Assembly: GCA_964371255.1 (NCBI GenBank)
Contig: CAYJKV010000002.1
Location: 130,553 to 194,552 of the forward strand
Reading direction: 5' to 3'
Origin: an uncultured Candidatus Saccharibacteria bacterium
GTDB taxonomy: Bacteria; Patescibacteriota; Andersenbacteria; UBA10190
Length of the DNA stretch: 64,000 bases
Position numbers and translations under genes: made by a program
The notes under the pieces: generated by a model
Database searches by the model: none
Told to the model about the DNA's origin: nothing
Seen by the model: only the letters and a program-made list of their open reading frames with translations
Shown: one piece after another, positions 46,736-55,567 of the stretch
Layout of the letters: each line of letters begins with the position of its first letter
Numbering within the stretch: position 1 is the first letter of the stretch

Positions 46736-48000
46736 AAAATTTTCTTGTTACCAAATAAATGTTTTTTTATTAACCAATAAACTGCTCCGGAATACAAAGC
46801 CCCTAATAATATATAATATATTATAGATCCAGCCACTGCGCCGCTAATGCCCCACCTGGGGATTAGCACAACATACGCTATCACATTTGCCCCTCCGGCT
46901 ATCATACCAATTGACGTGAATAGAATTTCTCGTCTCTCTTTTATTAGAATGTACCCCCAAATCGACGCCAGCCAATGAAAAGGGATCACCAATAAATACC
47001 ATTGGGCGTATCCGCTTGATTCCCGGTATTCCATACCAAAGAGATTGACAATCAACAGGGGCGTCAGCACCCACAATGCTGCCAGACTGCTCAGCATCAC
47101 GCCGGCGATTTTAAAACCTTGTGCTTTGTACCAGCGGACAATCTCGCTCGTGCCAGTTTTGTATATTTTGGGTATATATGCAGACATCATCCCGCCTAAT
47201 ACCAGTTTTACTCCCTCGCCTATTTTAGTCGCGATTGCATAAATAGCTAACGCCTCTAATCCCAACCAGCCGACTAATACCAGACGATCAACCCGCGAGT
47301 ACAATACATTAAATAATTCGGAAATAAATAATTTATAACCTGACTTCATCCACCCCTCTTCTATTAAATTGTTAACTATCAGCCGGCGCACTTTTTTAAA
47401 AAATATTATATTGAACCCGGCCTGCCCCACAATCATGACGGCAAACGGGACCACGATACTGCTTCTATTCAACCACACCGCTCCACCAACTGCGGCTAAT
47501 ATCACTATTGATGAAATGGCGTAGTAGCGTGACCGTTCGGCAAATCTTTCCTTTGCCTGCAGCACGACATCCCAGCGCCTCAAAACTGTATACCAGGGAA
47601 ATATTGGCGCCGTTATTAATAACCCAAGCCCAATGTGTGCATTACTGTATACTAAACACCACCAGCCCATAGCGGCTAACACCGCGGCTCCCATGATGCT
47701 CCAACGCCAACTAAGCCTTAACACCTCACGCAGCGTCCCATCGTACCCAGTTGATAAGGATCTCAGCAGCGAACTATTAAAGCCGGTAATGGCCAGCACA
47801 GCTGCCAGGTTGTAAATCGAGAACAGCAATTCATACTCACCTACGAGTTTTAGGCTCGTTAATCTTGTTAACAAAACGATGATGCCCAAATCCGCTATCA
47901 TCCTCCATACCTTCTCCAGGTTCAACCAAAAACTGCTCTTTATCAGATAGCTTGAGTCCACGCCAAACCACCCTTGCATTCGTTGGCTAATATTCCCCAT
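46732..48000 (-). CDS. Wzx/MOP-family polysaccharide-biosynthesis flippase (second copy)
   Basis: 422 aa with about 12 TM segments. 4-nt overlap with the methyltransferase gene. Confidence 0.55.
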   Translation of the reverse strand: MGNISQRMQGWFGVDSSYLIKSSFWLNLEKVWRMIADLGIIVLLTRLTSLKLVGEYELLFSIYNLAAVLAITGFNSSLLRSLSTGYDGTLREVLRLSWRWSIMGAAVLAAMGWWCLVYSNAHIGLGLLITAPIFPWYTVLRRWDVVLQAKERFAERSRYYAISSIVILAAVGGAVWLNRSSIVVPFAVMIVGQAGFNIIFFKKVRRLIVNNLIEEGWMKSGYKLFISELFNVLYSRVDRLVLVGWLGLEALAIYAIATKIGEGVKLVLGGMMSAYIPKIYKTGTSEIVRWYKAQGFKIAGVMLSSLAALWVLTPLLIVNLFGMEYRESSGYAQWYLLVIPFHWLASIWGYILIKERREILFTSIGMIAGGANVIAYVVLIPRWGISGAVAGSIIYYILLGALYSGAVYWLIKKHLFGNKKIL

Positions 48001-48110
48001 ATCTTTTTCTCATCTCCTCAATTATATACTACGCCCTCGCCATCAAACCTCTCGGCCAATTTTTTACCACATTTTGCACAGCCTCACGCACCCTGACGCT
48101 CAGCGGCTAA

Positions 48111-49514
48111 CTAATTCTCAACTTCTAAAGTCGGGAACCTTGCCTTTAAAAAAGCTATGATCTTTTTATTACCATTCGGCTGCTCCGTCATTTGCTGCAA
48201 TTGTTTTGTTACCTGGTCTTGACTATTTTTTCTCGTTTGTCCATTCTGCAATCTCCAGATATTTGGCAAACTTGTCTTCCTGACCGACTTTTTTTCTGCT
48301 TGCTCAAACAGCTCTTCGAACATTTTTTCCCCTGGTCGGCACCCTACCACCTTGATGCGAATGTCCTTATCGGGCATCAGGTTATGGCCTCGTACGACAC
48401 ATTGGGCGACTTCATACACCGATATCAGATCCCCCATGTTCAAGACATATATCGCACCCTGGGCCATCCTGGTCGCACTCATGATAACCAGTTGCGCCGC
48501 CTCCCGTATCGACATAAAATATCGTTTCATTCTCTTGTCCGTAATAGTCACTTCCCGCCGTTGCGTCACTTGTCTGTCAAACATCGGCAGCACCGACCCT
48601 TGCGAATTGATCACGTTTCCAAAACGGACAATACTAAATATTGTTTTTTTTGTGCTTAACCCCTGCACGCACTGTTCCGCGATCTTTTTTGTCGCACCCA
48701 TCACGCTGGTCGGATTTACTGCTTTATCTGTCGACACTAATACGAACCTTTCCACCCCATATTTCACGGCCGCCTCGGCAACGTTGAGAGTCCCCAGCAC
48801 GTTGGTCTTGACCGCTTCCCCCGCACAGTCTTCCATTAAATGAACGTGTTTGTAAGCCGCCGCGTGAAAAACTATATTCGGCCTGGCCGCTTTAACTACT
48901 TCATCAGTCCTCACCCGATCCACTACACTCCCAATCATGATCATGAATCTGGCTTTGCTGACTTTGCCTTCCTTCAATTCCTGAGTCAACGCATAAACTA
49001 ATCCTTCCGAGTTATCCAGCACTACTACCTTCCTAACCTTCAGCTCAAGCAGCTGCCTCACAATTTCGGACCCAATAGACCCTGCTCCGCCCGTCACCAG
49101 TACCACCTTGTTTTTGTAATATTTTTCCAGTTTATTTATATTCCTCCGAACAGGCGCACGTCCCAGCCAGTCCTCGCCGGTCAAATCACGCACAAACTCG
49201 TACTGCACATCATTGTGCCTGATCACTCTTTGTTCCCTGGGTACAATTCGAATTGGTACCCGATTTTTGATGTTATTGAGCAGTATCCGCCTGATCAGCG
49301 ACCCATCGGCTGAGGGAATTGCAATCACTACCTCGTCCACCCTGTATCGGTCCAAGACTTCTTCTAAATCGTCAATCTTACCCAATATTTTTGTTCCATT
49401 CCTTTTCATGTCGTCAATGAATCCCGCCACTGCCCTGTCCGGATAATGGTGCTCAATATCCTGCTCTAATAATCTTCCGGCTATTCCGGCCCCAACTATT
49501 ACGATTTTCTTCAT
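48111..49514 (-). CDS. CapD/PglF/WbpM-like NDP-sugar 4,6-dehydratase/epimerase (Polysacc_synt_2), soluble form
   Basis: KVVLVTGGAGSIGSEIVRQL...VVLDNSE. N-terminal Rossmann-like domain MKKIVIVGAGIAG. No TM domain. 467 aa. Confidence 0.7.
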   Translation of the reverse strand: MKKIVIVGAGIAGRLLEQDIEHHYPDRAVAGFIDDMKRNGTKILGKIDDLEEVLDRYRVDEVVIAIPSADGSLIRRILLNNIKNRVPIRIVPREQRVIRHNDVQYEFVRDLTGEDWLGRAPVRRNINKLEKYYKNKVVLVTGGAGSIGSEIVRQLLELKVRKVVVLDNSEGLVYALTQELKEGKVSKARFMIMIGSVVDRVRTDEVVKAARPNIVFHAAAYKHVHLMEDCAGEAVKTNVLGTLNVAEAAVKYGVERFVLVSTDKAVNPTSVMGATKKIAEQCVQGLSTKKTIFSIVRFGNVINSQGSVLPMFDRQVTQRREVTITDKRMKRYFMSIREAAQLVIMSATRMAQGAIYVLNMGDLISVYEVAQCVVRGHNLMPDKDIRIKVVGCRPGEKMFEELFEQAEKKSVRKTSLPNIWRLQNGQTRKNSQDQVTKQLQQMTEQPNGNKKIIAFLKARFPTLEVEN

Positions 49515-49582
49515 CGCCTAATATTAATCATCCGTTCAGAGTGCCCGAAATTTCAAAAAAAAGCTATGATTAACACAACCCT

Positions 49583-51016
49583 ATGTCTCAGCCCAATTGG
49601 TTTACTATCATCTTCCTGCTTGCCGCCTTTTTAGTATTGCTCATCTTGTCTCTCCAGTATCCGCTCAGTACTTCCTTCCCCATCGGCGGTGATGCGGCTT
49701 ATTATGCCCGTCGCGCTCAGATATTTCTGGAATTTTTCCATGCGCCTGGGCCATCCATCCTGGCACTCAAATCCTCCTGGTATCCTTTGTCACTTCTGAT
49801 CTTTTCTTCGTCCGCCATTATCCCGCTGGATTGGCCCATTCGCTTCACCTGGTTCATGGTCATCGCGCACGTTTCAGTCGGCGTTTCATTAGCTTTGCTC
49901 TTGCGTCGTTTATCTGGCTGGTCCGCGGCCGCCTTTGCTATGTTCATCTGGGGTATCACGACCACCGGTGTAAACAGTAACTTTGAAGATGGTACCCTGG
50001 CTCAATTAATTAGTTTCGCCTTTTTAGCTTTGTTTCTGGAACGTTTTGTGGCCGGCGCCAAATGGTCCGCTCTGTTATGGCTGCTGGCCACCTGCTTAGC
50101 TCATCCGATTACCGGCTTATCCATTCTGGTCACCTTGCTCATTGCCTTACCCGCTTTCTTGTCCAGCTGGCTATCTTTGTCTGCGTCTGACAAAAAATTG
50201 CTGCTGGTGATTTGTGGCGCCAGCCTGGCGCTGCTGAGTTTAACCCTCTTTACCGGCCGACAAATTTTTTCTCATTCAAGTTTTATTACCGGTGTCGCTG
50301 ACGTCCCTTTTATCAATATCCTTGTCTCTAGTTTTGCTCCTTTTGTCGCTCTCGCCCCTCTTGGTTTGCTTTTACTTTTACGGTCCGATCACTCCCCGAC
50401 TACTAAATATATATTCGCTTTTCTATTCAGCCTCTCCATTCTCATGGGCGGTAATGATCTTTTGGGTATTGCCGTCTGGACGCGGCGATTACTGCCTCTC
50501 TTTATCTTTGTTGTCACTATTTTATCTGCCCTGTCATTACCTTATCTCTTGCGGTTCCTTTGCCCAGGCCGTTTCACCCGTGCTGGTTTTGTCAGCCTGA
50601 TTATGGTGTATTTTGCATCAATGACGTGGCAAAACAATCATCACATATTCCGTCATTACGAAAATCCGTCAAATTACGCCCGTATTCATCCCGAAGAACT
50701 TGAAGCTATGCGATGGTTCCGTGATAATCTACCCGCCAGCAGTTATATCACCACCTCCAATAAAAACCGCCACACCGAATGGCTGCCGGTCATTACCCCG
50801 TTTCAGTGGTTGCCAGTATCACCGGATGATGATTCTTTGTCACACCCCGTGCGGGATAAGTTTGATTCTCTGACTTATTACAAATATAAGTATGTTGCCT
50901 TTTTGACCAGGCGCGAAAACGTCCCGGAGTATATCCGTCAATCTCCGGATCAATACCCGCTTGTCTTCGCCAATAAATCCGTTGTCTTATATAAAGTATC
51001 GTCAATTTATGATTAA
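49583..51016 (+). CDS. Polytopic membrane protein (477 aa), GT-C/PMT_2-like
   Basis: Eleven or more TM segments. First-loop PIGGDAAYYARRAQ resembles the motif of the other PMT_2-like paralogs. Confidence 0.45.
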   Translation: MSQPNWFTIIFLLAAFLVLLILSLQYPLSTSFPIGGDAAYYARRAQIFLEFFHAPGPSILALKSSWYPLSLLIFSSSAIIPLDWPIRFTWFMVIAHVSVGVSLALLLRRLSGWSAAAFAMFIWGITTTGVNSNFEDGTLAQLISFAFLALFLERFVAGAKWSALLWLLATCLAHPITGLSILVTLLIALPAFLSSWLSLSASDKKLLLVICGASLALLSLTLFTGRQIFSHSSFITGVADVPFINILVSSFAPFVALAPLGLLLLLRSDHSPTTKYIFAFLFSLSILMGGNDLLGIAVWTRRLLPLFIFVVTILSALSLPYLLRFLCPGRFTRAGFVSLIMVYFASMTWQNNHHIFRHYENPSNYARIHPEELEAMRWFRDNLPASSYITTSNKNRHTEWLPVITPFQWLPVSPDDDSLSHPVRDKFDSLTYYKYKYVAFLTRRENVPEYIRQSPDQYPLVFANKSVVLYKVSSIYD

Positions 51017-51392
51017 CTACTTGCCGCGCCTGGGGGCTTATTTGACCCTGCTCCTTTTCAGCGGCTTACTGCTGCCTATCCCCAAAGCCCTGCTTGCGGG
51101 TTTACTGCTGGTGAGTCTGGGCTTATTCTTGATCCAGCTTGCCTTTCGCCGCCCCGCGATTGTTGTAATATTCCTTGTCTTTTTTGCCATTCCCGTTTTG
51201 GCTTTTCAGATTCCGCCCCTTGTCTCTTCGCGTTTTAGCCCACTCACACAACTTGCTTTAACAATTCTGCTCTGGGGCTGTCTTCTTTCACTGCTTGTTT
51301 CTATTGCGACTTGGCTTGCCAATCGTAGTCAATTTCATTTAGGTCGATCCGGTCCATCTCCGTCGGATCATGTTCCAGGCTCGCTAGATTAG
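51009..51392 (+). CDS. Small hydrophobic ORF (about 127 aa); coding status uncertain
   Basis: ATGATTAA start/stop overlap with the upstream gene. Four predicted TM helices. The 3' end overlaps the convergent cupin gene by about 90 nt. Confidence 0.25.
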   Translation: MINYLPRLGAYLTLLLFSGLLLPIPKALLAGLLLVSLGLFLIQLAFRRPAIVVIFLVFFAIPVLAFQIPPLVSSRFSPLTQLALTILLWGCLLSLLVSIATWLANRSQFHLGRSGPSPSDHVPGSLD

Positions 51393-51744
51393 CCACCACC
51401 GACAATTTGTGACTGATGCCTATCATACCGTTAGTCACACCCTTTGGGATGTGCAACAAGCAGTAGTTATCTTCACCAAGCCAATATTCCTCGACTTGAC
51501 CTTTAGTTGCGGACTGGTCCCGTTCATCGACCAAGACGACTTTTACCGCTCCCACGATACAGGCATAGTTCAATGCCATTTGGCGGTGTCTGTGCCAGGC
51601 TTTAATGACACCCTGGTAAACTGACGTAAAATATATTTCGCCGAATTGATCAAAAGCCGGATCGGATTTTTTTAGCATATGCCAAACTACGCCGCGATCG
51701 TCCGGGATTTTCTTTAACAAGCGGCAGTTCACTCCCTCAATCAT
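51301..51744 (-). CDS. WxcM/FdtA-like cupin (NDP-4-keto-6-deoxyhexose 3,4-ketoisomerase family)
   Basis: 147 aa. DDRGVVWHMLKK...FGEIYFTSVYQGVIKAWHRHRQM...VVLVDER matches the FdtA/WxcM cupin core. Confidence 0.55.
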   Translation of the reverse strand: MIEGVNCRLLKKIPDDRGVVWHMLKKSDPAFDQFGEIYFTSVYQGVIKAWHRHRQMALNYACIVGAVKVVLVDERDQSATKGQVEEYWLGEDNYCLLHIPKGVTNGMIGISHKLSVVANLASLEHDPTEMDRIDLNEIDYDWQAKSQ

Positions 51745-52814
51745 ACTGTCTCCTGTATACTCTCCTTAATCCGTAACTCCTCCGACAATAAACCCGCCTG
51801 TCTCATCGCCTGATATCTTTTCAGCGTATAATACCCATTAAACATCATATCCTCTTCCTGCCATTCAACTTTATCAAACGCACCCAGCAAACCGCGCACA
51901 CCGTCAGAAATTAATTCGCGCGCTTTCCAGCCCAGCCTCTCAATCTTATCGAAACTTACCCGGTAGGTCCGTTCATCTTTTGTTTTTTCCGGGTTAATAA
52001 ATACCTGACTGCCCACAATCTCCTTCTTAACCAGCCTCGCGATGTCTTTGACCTGATGATTATTAGCCGCTGTCCCGATATTAAACGCCTCCCCGCTGAC
52101 CTGTTCGCCGGCTGCCTCCAGCAGAAATATAAACGCTCGGGCACAGTCATTCACCGCCAGGCTCGGACGCCAGGGAGTGCCATCGCTCAATACCTTAATC
52201 CGTCCATAAGTATATCCGTTGGCCGTTAAATCGTTAACCACCAGATCCAGCCTTAGCCGCGGCGAATAACCAAAGACGGTTGCGTTGCGCAAGATTACTG
52301 GCGTAAATTCACTGCCGCTCATTTTCCTCAGCTCATCTTCCATCATCACCTTTGACTTGGCATAGGCTGTCTTCGGGTCTAAAGTATCATTCTCGTTCAT
52401 CAATCGCTGCCCGCTCACCCCGTATGTGCTGCACGAAGATGAAAATAAAAAACGATTAACGCCGGCCCTTTTAGCAAGTTCGGCCAACCTGACACCCGCT
52501 CGATAATTTATCTCGTACGTCAGCTGTTCATCGAGCTCACCTAACGGATCATTCGATAGTCCTGCTAAGTGGATCACTGCGTCGCAACCCACTATGTCAT
52601 CCATCTCAATGTCCCGAATGTCCTTTTTCTTTTGCACCGTCGCCGGTACCCGTGGCATCATTTGCACATCCTCAAATATGCCGGCATCAATCCCCAGCAC
52701 TCTGTACCCAGCCTCAACCAATTGTTGCGTTAATACCGAACCAATATAACCCTGGTTACCTGTCACTGCTATCTTTTTCTTCCCTCTTCGCTCCATGTTT
52801 TCTTTTTCAACCAT
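51741..52814 (-). CDS. NAD-dependent epimerase/dehydratase-family SDR; activity uncertain
   Basis: KKIAVTGNQGYIGSVL; YAKSKVMMED (YxxxK). The TDE 4,6-dehydratase signature is not evident (SSCSTYG). 4-nt overlap with the cupin gene. Confidence 0.6.
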   Translation of the reverse strand: MVEKENMERRGKKKIAVTGNQGYIGSVLTQQLVEAGYRVLGIDAGIFEDVQMMPRVPATVQKKKDIRDIEMDDIVGCDAVIHLAGLSNDPLGELDEQLTYEINYRAGVRLAELAKRAGVNRFLFSSSCSTYGVSGQRLMNENDTLDPKTAYAKSKVMMEDELRKMSGSEFTPVILRNATVFGYSPRLRLDLVVNDLTANGYTYGRIKVLSDGTPWRPSLAVNDCARAFIFLLEAAGEQVSGEAFNIGTAANNHQVKDIARLVKKEIVGSQVFINPEKTKDERTYRVSFDKIERLGWKARELISDGVRGLLGAFDKVEWQEEDMMFNGYYTLKRYQAMRQAGLLSEELRIKESIQETV

Positions 52815-53554
52815 AGATTATTTAAGTATTGCACATCTTTAACCGTATTCATTGCGTGCCAGAATCCATCGTGTCGATACTGACCGAGCTTCTTCTTATT
52901 GGCCATCCTCGCTAATCCGTCTTCCAGCGCCTCGCCCTTCCGTAAATATCGCAGTGCTTCTTTCTCAAACACCATGAAGCCGCCATTAATATATTCCTTT
53001 ACCTTGGGCTTTTCCGCAAACTTTTTTATTACATCGCGTTTATCCGCCCATATCTCACCAAAATGTGATGAGGGGTGCGCCACTGTAATGGTTGCGATTA
53101 TGCCTAATCTGTCCTTCTGCCTCTTATGAAAGCGGATTAGTTTAGCTATGTTCACATCACTCACGTCATCGCCGTAGGAAACCATGAACTGTCTATCACT
53201 GACATACTGCGCGGCTACCAAGACTCTCTCCGCCGTATCCGTCGTCTCGCCTGTTTCAATCATGGCTACCCGATAATCAAGCGGCAATCTATCTGTTAAT
53301 GGGGTTATGGCTCCCGAAGCTAAGTCTACTTCCACGTCATTGATCGTCTTGGTTATGTTGATAAAATAATCACGGATCATGTCACCACGGTAGCCTAAAC
53401 ACAACATGAACTCTTTTTGCCCATAACCGGCATATAAATTCATGATATGGATTAATATCGGCCACTCACCCACTTTTACCATGGCCTTAGGTTTGAATTC
53501 AGTCTCTTCATTCATTCTCCATCCGCGGCCACCGCATAAGATAATGGTTTTCAT
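52769..53554 (-). CDS. rfbF: Glucose-1-phosphate cytidylyltransferase
   Basis: MKTIILCGGRGWRMNEETEFKPKAMVKVGEWPILIHIMNLYAGYGQKEFMLCLGYRGDMIRDYF closely tracks RfbF/DdhA. 261 aa. Confidence 0.75.
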   Translation of the reverse strand: MKTIILCGGRGWRMNEETEFKPKAMVKVGEWPILIHIMNLYAGYGQKEFMLCLGYRGDMIRDYFINITKTINDVEVDLASGAITPLTDRLPLDYRVAMIETGETTDTAERVLVAAQYVSDRQFMVSYGDDVSDVNIAKLIRFHKRQKDRLGIIATITVAHPSSHFGEIWADKRDVIKKFAEKPKVKEYINGGFMVFEKEALRYLRKGEALEDGLARMANKKKLGQYRHDGFWHAMNTVKDVQYLNNLWLKKKTWSEEGRKR

Positions 53555-53854
53555 CTCCCTACCTTAAACGAGAGCCCCTCCACTCCGCAAGTGCGCATCT
53601 ACTGATTAACCGTATTTTCTATACTCATGTTTATTGATTATGCTTTCTTCGTTTTATCTTGCATTGATTTTGCTATGTCACAGATCGACTGGAATAGTTT
53701 GGTATATTATTTCTTAATTCTGTTTCCTGTGCGGCTGCAACCTTATCCTGACTCAGCATTCCGATCCGTCCAAACCTTGACCAACTAATCTTTCGCGCTT
53801 TAGTTTTTCTTTTCCTCCTTGTATCTTTATCTCTCTTTCTAGTATTTTTAAGTT

Positions 53855-54838
53855 ATGAGTAAGATTCTTGTTACCGGTGGTGCTGGTTTTATCGGTGCCC
53901 ATTTAGCCAACCATCTGCTGCTCCGTGGAGATCAGGTAGTGATCATTGACGATTTCAACGATCGCTATGATCCCCGCTTAAAACACCTGCGCTACGAGCA
54001 TTTTTTCTCCGGTAAATTACAGCCGACCCTTATTACCGGCGATATCCGCAACAATGACTTGGTCACCGCTATGTTTGCCCGACAAAAATTTGACCATGTG
54101 GTCCATTTAGCCGCTTGGGCAGCCGTCCAAACCAGCATTGATAATCCCTATATCTATACCTCTGTTAATGTCGACGGCACGGTCAATATTCTTGAGGCTG
54201 CCCGCCGTCATTCTGTTCAGAACATTGTTTTCGCCTCCAGTTCCTCTGTCTATGGCGGAAGAACCAAAGTACCATTCCGGGAAACCGACGATGTTTCTCG
54301 ACCTATCTCGCCCTACGCCGCCACCAAGGCGGCCGGTGAAATATTGTGTGCCACCTGGTACAATCTTTACGGCATTCCAATTTCCGCCTTACGCTTTTTT
54401 ACGGTTTATGGCCCCTGGGGACGTCCGGAAATGGCGATTTTCAAGTTCTCTGAAGCAATTCTAAGTAATCAACCCTTATTGATGAGAGGCCGTCAAACCG
54501 AACGTGATTTTACTTATATTGATGACTGTGTCAGCGGTGTGGTTGGTGCGCTCGATCACCCGCATGAATTTTCTATATTCAATCTGGGCGAATCAGATGC
54601 CGTGCCGCTGCCCCGTTTAATTGCCGCCTTAGAAACAGCCTTAGGCAAGACCGCCACTGTTCAGGAAGTACCTTTGCCTCCCGGCGATGTCCCTCGTACT
54701 CTAGCTGATATTGCCAAAGCCCAGCAGCTGCTAAATTATCAGCCGGTAACTAAAATTGAACCCGGCGTTATGAAATTTGCCGCTTGGTACAAAGATTGGT
54801 ATCTGCCCAATTTCCTACCTGATCTGTCCGGCTCCTGA
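53855..54838 (+). CDS. UDP-glucuronate 4-epimerase-like (extended SDR)
   Basis: KILVTGGAGFIGAHL...GDQVVIIDDFNDRYDPRLKHLRYE is the hallmark of the UDP-GlcA 4-epimerase family. YAATKAAGE. Confidence 0.6.
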   Translation: MSKILVTGGAGFIGAHLANHLLLRGDQVVIIDDFNDRYDPRLKHLRYEHFFSGKLQPTLITGDIRNNDLVTAMFARQKFDHVVHLAAWAAVQTSIDNPYIYTSVNVDGTVNILEAARRHSVQNIVFASSSSVYGGRTKVPFRETDDVSRPISPYAATKAAGEILCATWYNLYGIPISALRFFTVYGPWGRPEMAIFKFSEAILSNQPLLMRGRQTERDFTYIDDCVSGVVGALDHPHEFSIFNLGESDAVPLPRLIAALETALGKTATVQEVPLPPGDVPRTLADIAKAQQLLNYQPVTKIEPGVMKFAAWYKDWYLPNFLPDLSGS

Positions 54839-55528
54839 TTCATGATCGCTAAACGTCGGCCATAATGCATGGGGGGCCGCAGCCAGCAGCCACAGAACCA
54901 TTAGATATGCCACACTATATTGTATTATCTTGCCCCATTGGCCCTGCCCCTCCTGCCAATAACGCTCCCATTTGTCTCGTTGACCAATGACGCGCAGGCT
55001 AATATCGCCTTCTTTGCTATTGCTGGCAATCCAAAAATTACCGTCCGCATAGCGGCCATTGTCTTTTTCTATAAACAGCCTGGGCGCTGTATCCTGCTGC
55101 TGACTACTAATCATTAGTCCATCCCACGTTAAGCTATACTGGCCGGCCAGCCATGTATCGTCCGGCAACAATAGCTCAATTTCGTGAATCCCGCTTCGGT
55201 TACTGTCGGTTATTTTATTTAATTGCCATTGATTAATGAGCTGACCATCATTTCGCAGAGTTATATCAACCGAGGCCGCTGTCGGTGGCAAATAGATGGG
55301 TAATATAATTTTTTTTATCAATGTCCTTTCATTAATCATCAAAGTCTGTGTGGCATTGAATTGAGCGTAAATTTTCAATGCCTGATCTATGTCTCTGACA
55401 GCTAAAATGTCAATGACGGGATACTCCTCATTTTTATTAGCCTCCTGCCACGCTCCGCCCAATACCAAACCGACGATCAAGCTAGACAGAAAATATTTAA
55501 TTATAGTTGTTATTGTTTTGCTCTTCAT
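54815..55528 (-). CDS. Hypothetical membrane-anchored extracytoplasmic protein
   Basis: N-terminal signal anchor and a C-terminal hydrophobic segment. 24-nt convergent overlap with the epimerase gene. Confidence 0.4.
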   Translation of the reverse strand: MKSKTITTIIKYFLSSLIVGLVLGGAWQEANKNEEYPVIDILAVRDIDQALKIYAQFNATQTLMINERTLIKKIILPIYLPPTAASVDITLRNDGQLINQWQLNKITDSNRSGIHEIELLLPDDTWLAGQYSLTWDGLMISSQQQDTAPRLFIEKDNGRYADGNFWIASNSKEGDISLRVIGQRDKWERYWQEGQGQWGKIIQYSVAYLMVLWLLAAAPHALWPTFSDHESGAGQIR

Positions 55529-55567
55529 CGCCGCATTATCTAACGGTACAATTACCTTAATTCTTTT

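Noticed and set aside
48192-48843. Two overlapping plus-strand ORFs of 155 and 163 aa
   Set aside because: They are antisense to the CapD/PglF-like gene, which has clear Rossmann and catalytic motifs. No independent support.
50961-51392. Track ORF 50961-51392 as a 143-aa protein
   Set aside because: The 5' 48 nt lie inside the upstream gene. If the ORF is real it more likely starts at the ATG at 51009. Even then it overlaps the convergent cupin gene by about 90 nt, so I keep it only as a low-confidence feature.
51741-52814. Calling the SDR downstream of rfbF a bona fide CDP-glucose 4,6-dehydratase (rfbG)
   Set aside because: The genomic context suggests it, but I could not see the TDE catalytic signature, so it is left as an SDR of uncertain activity.
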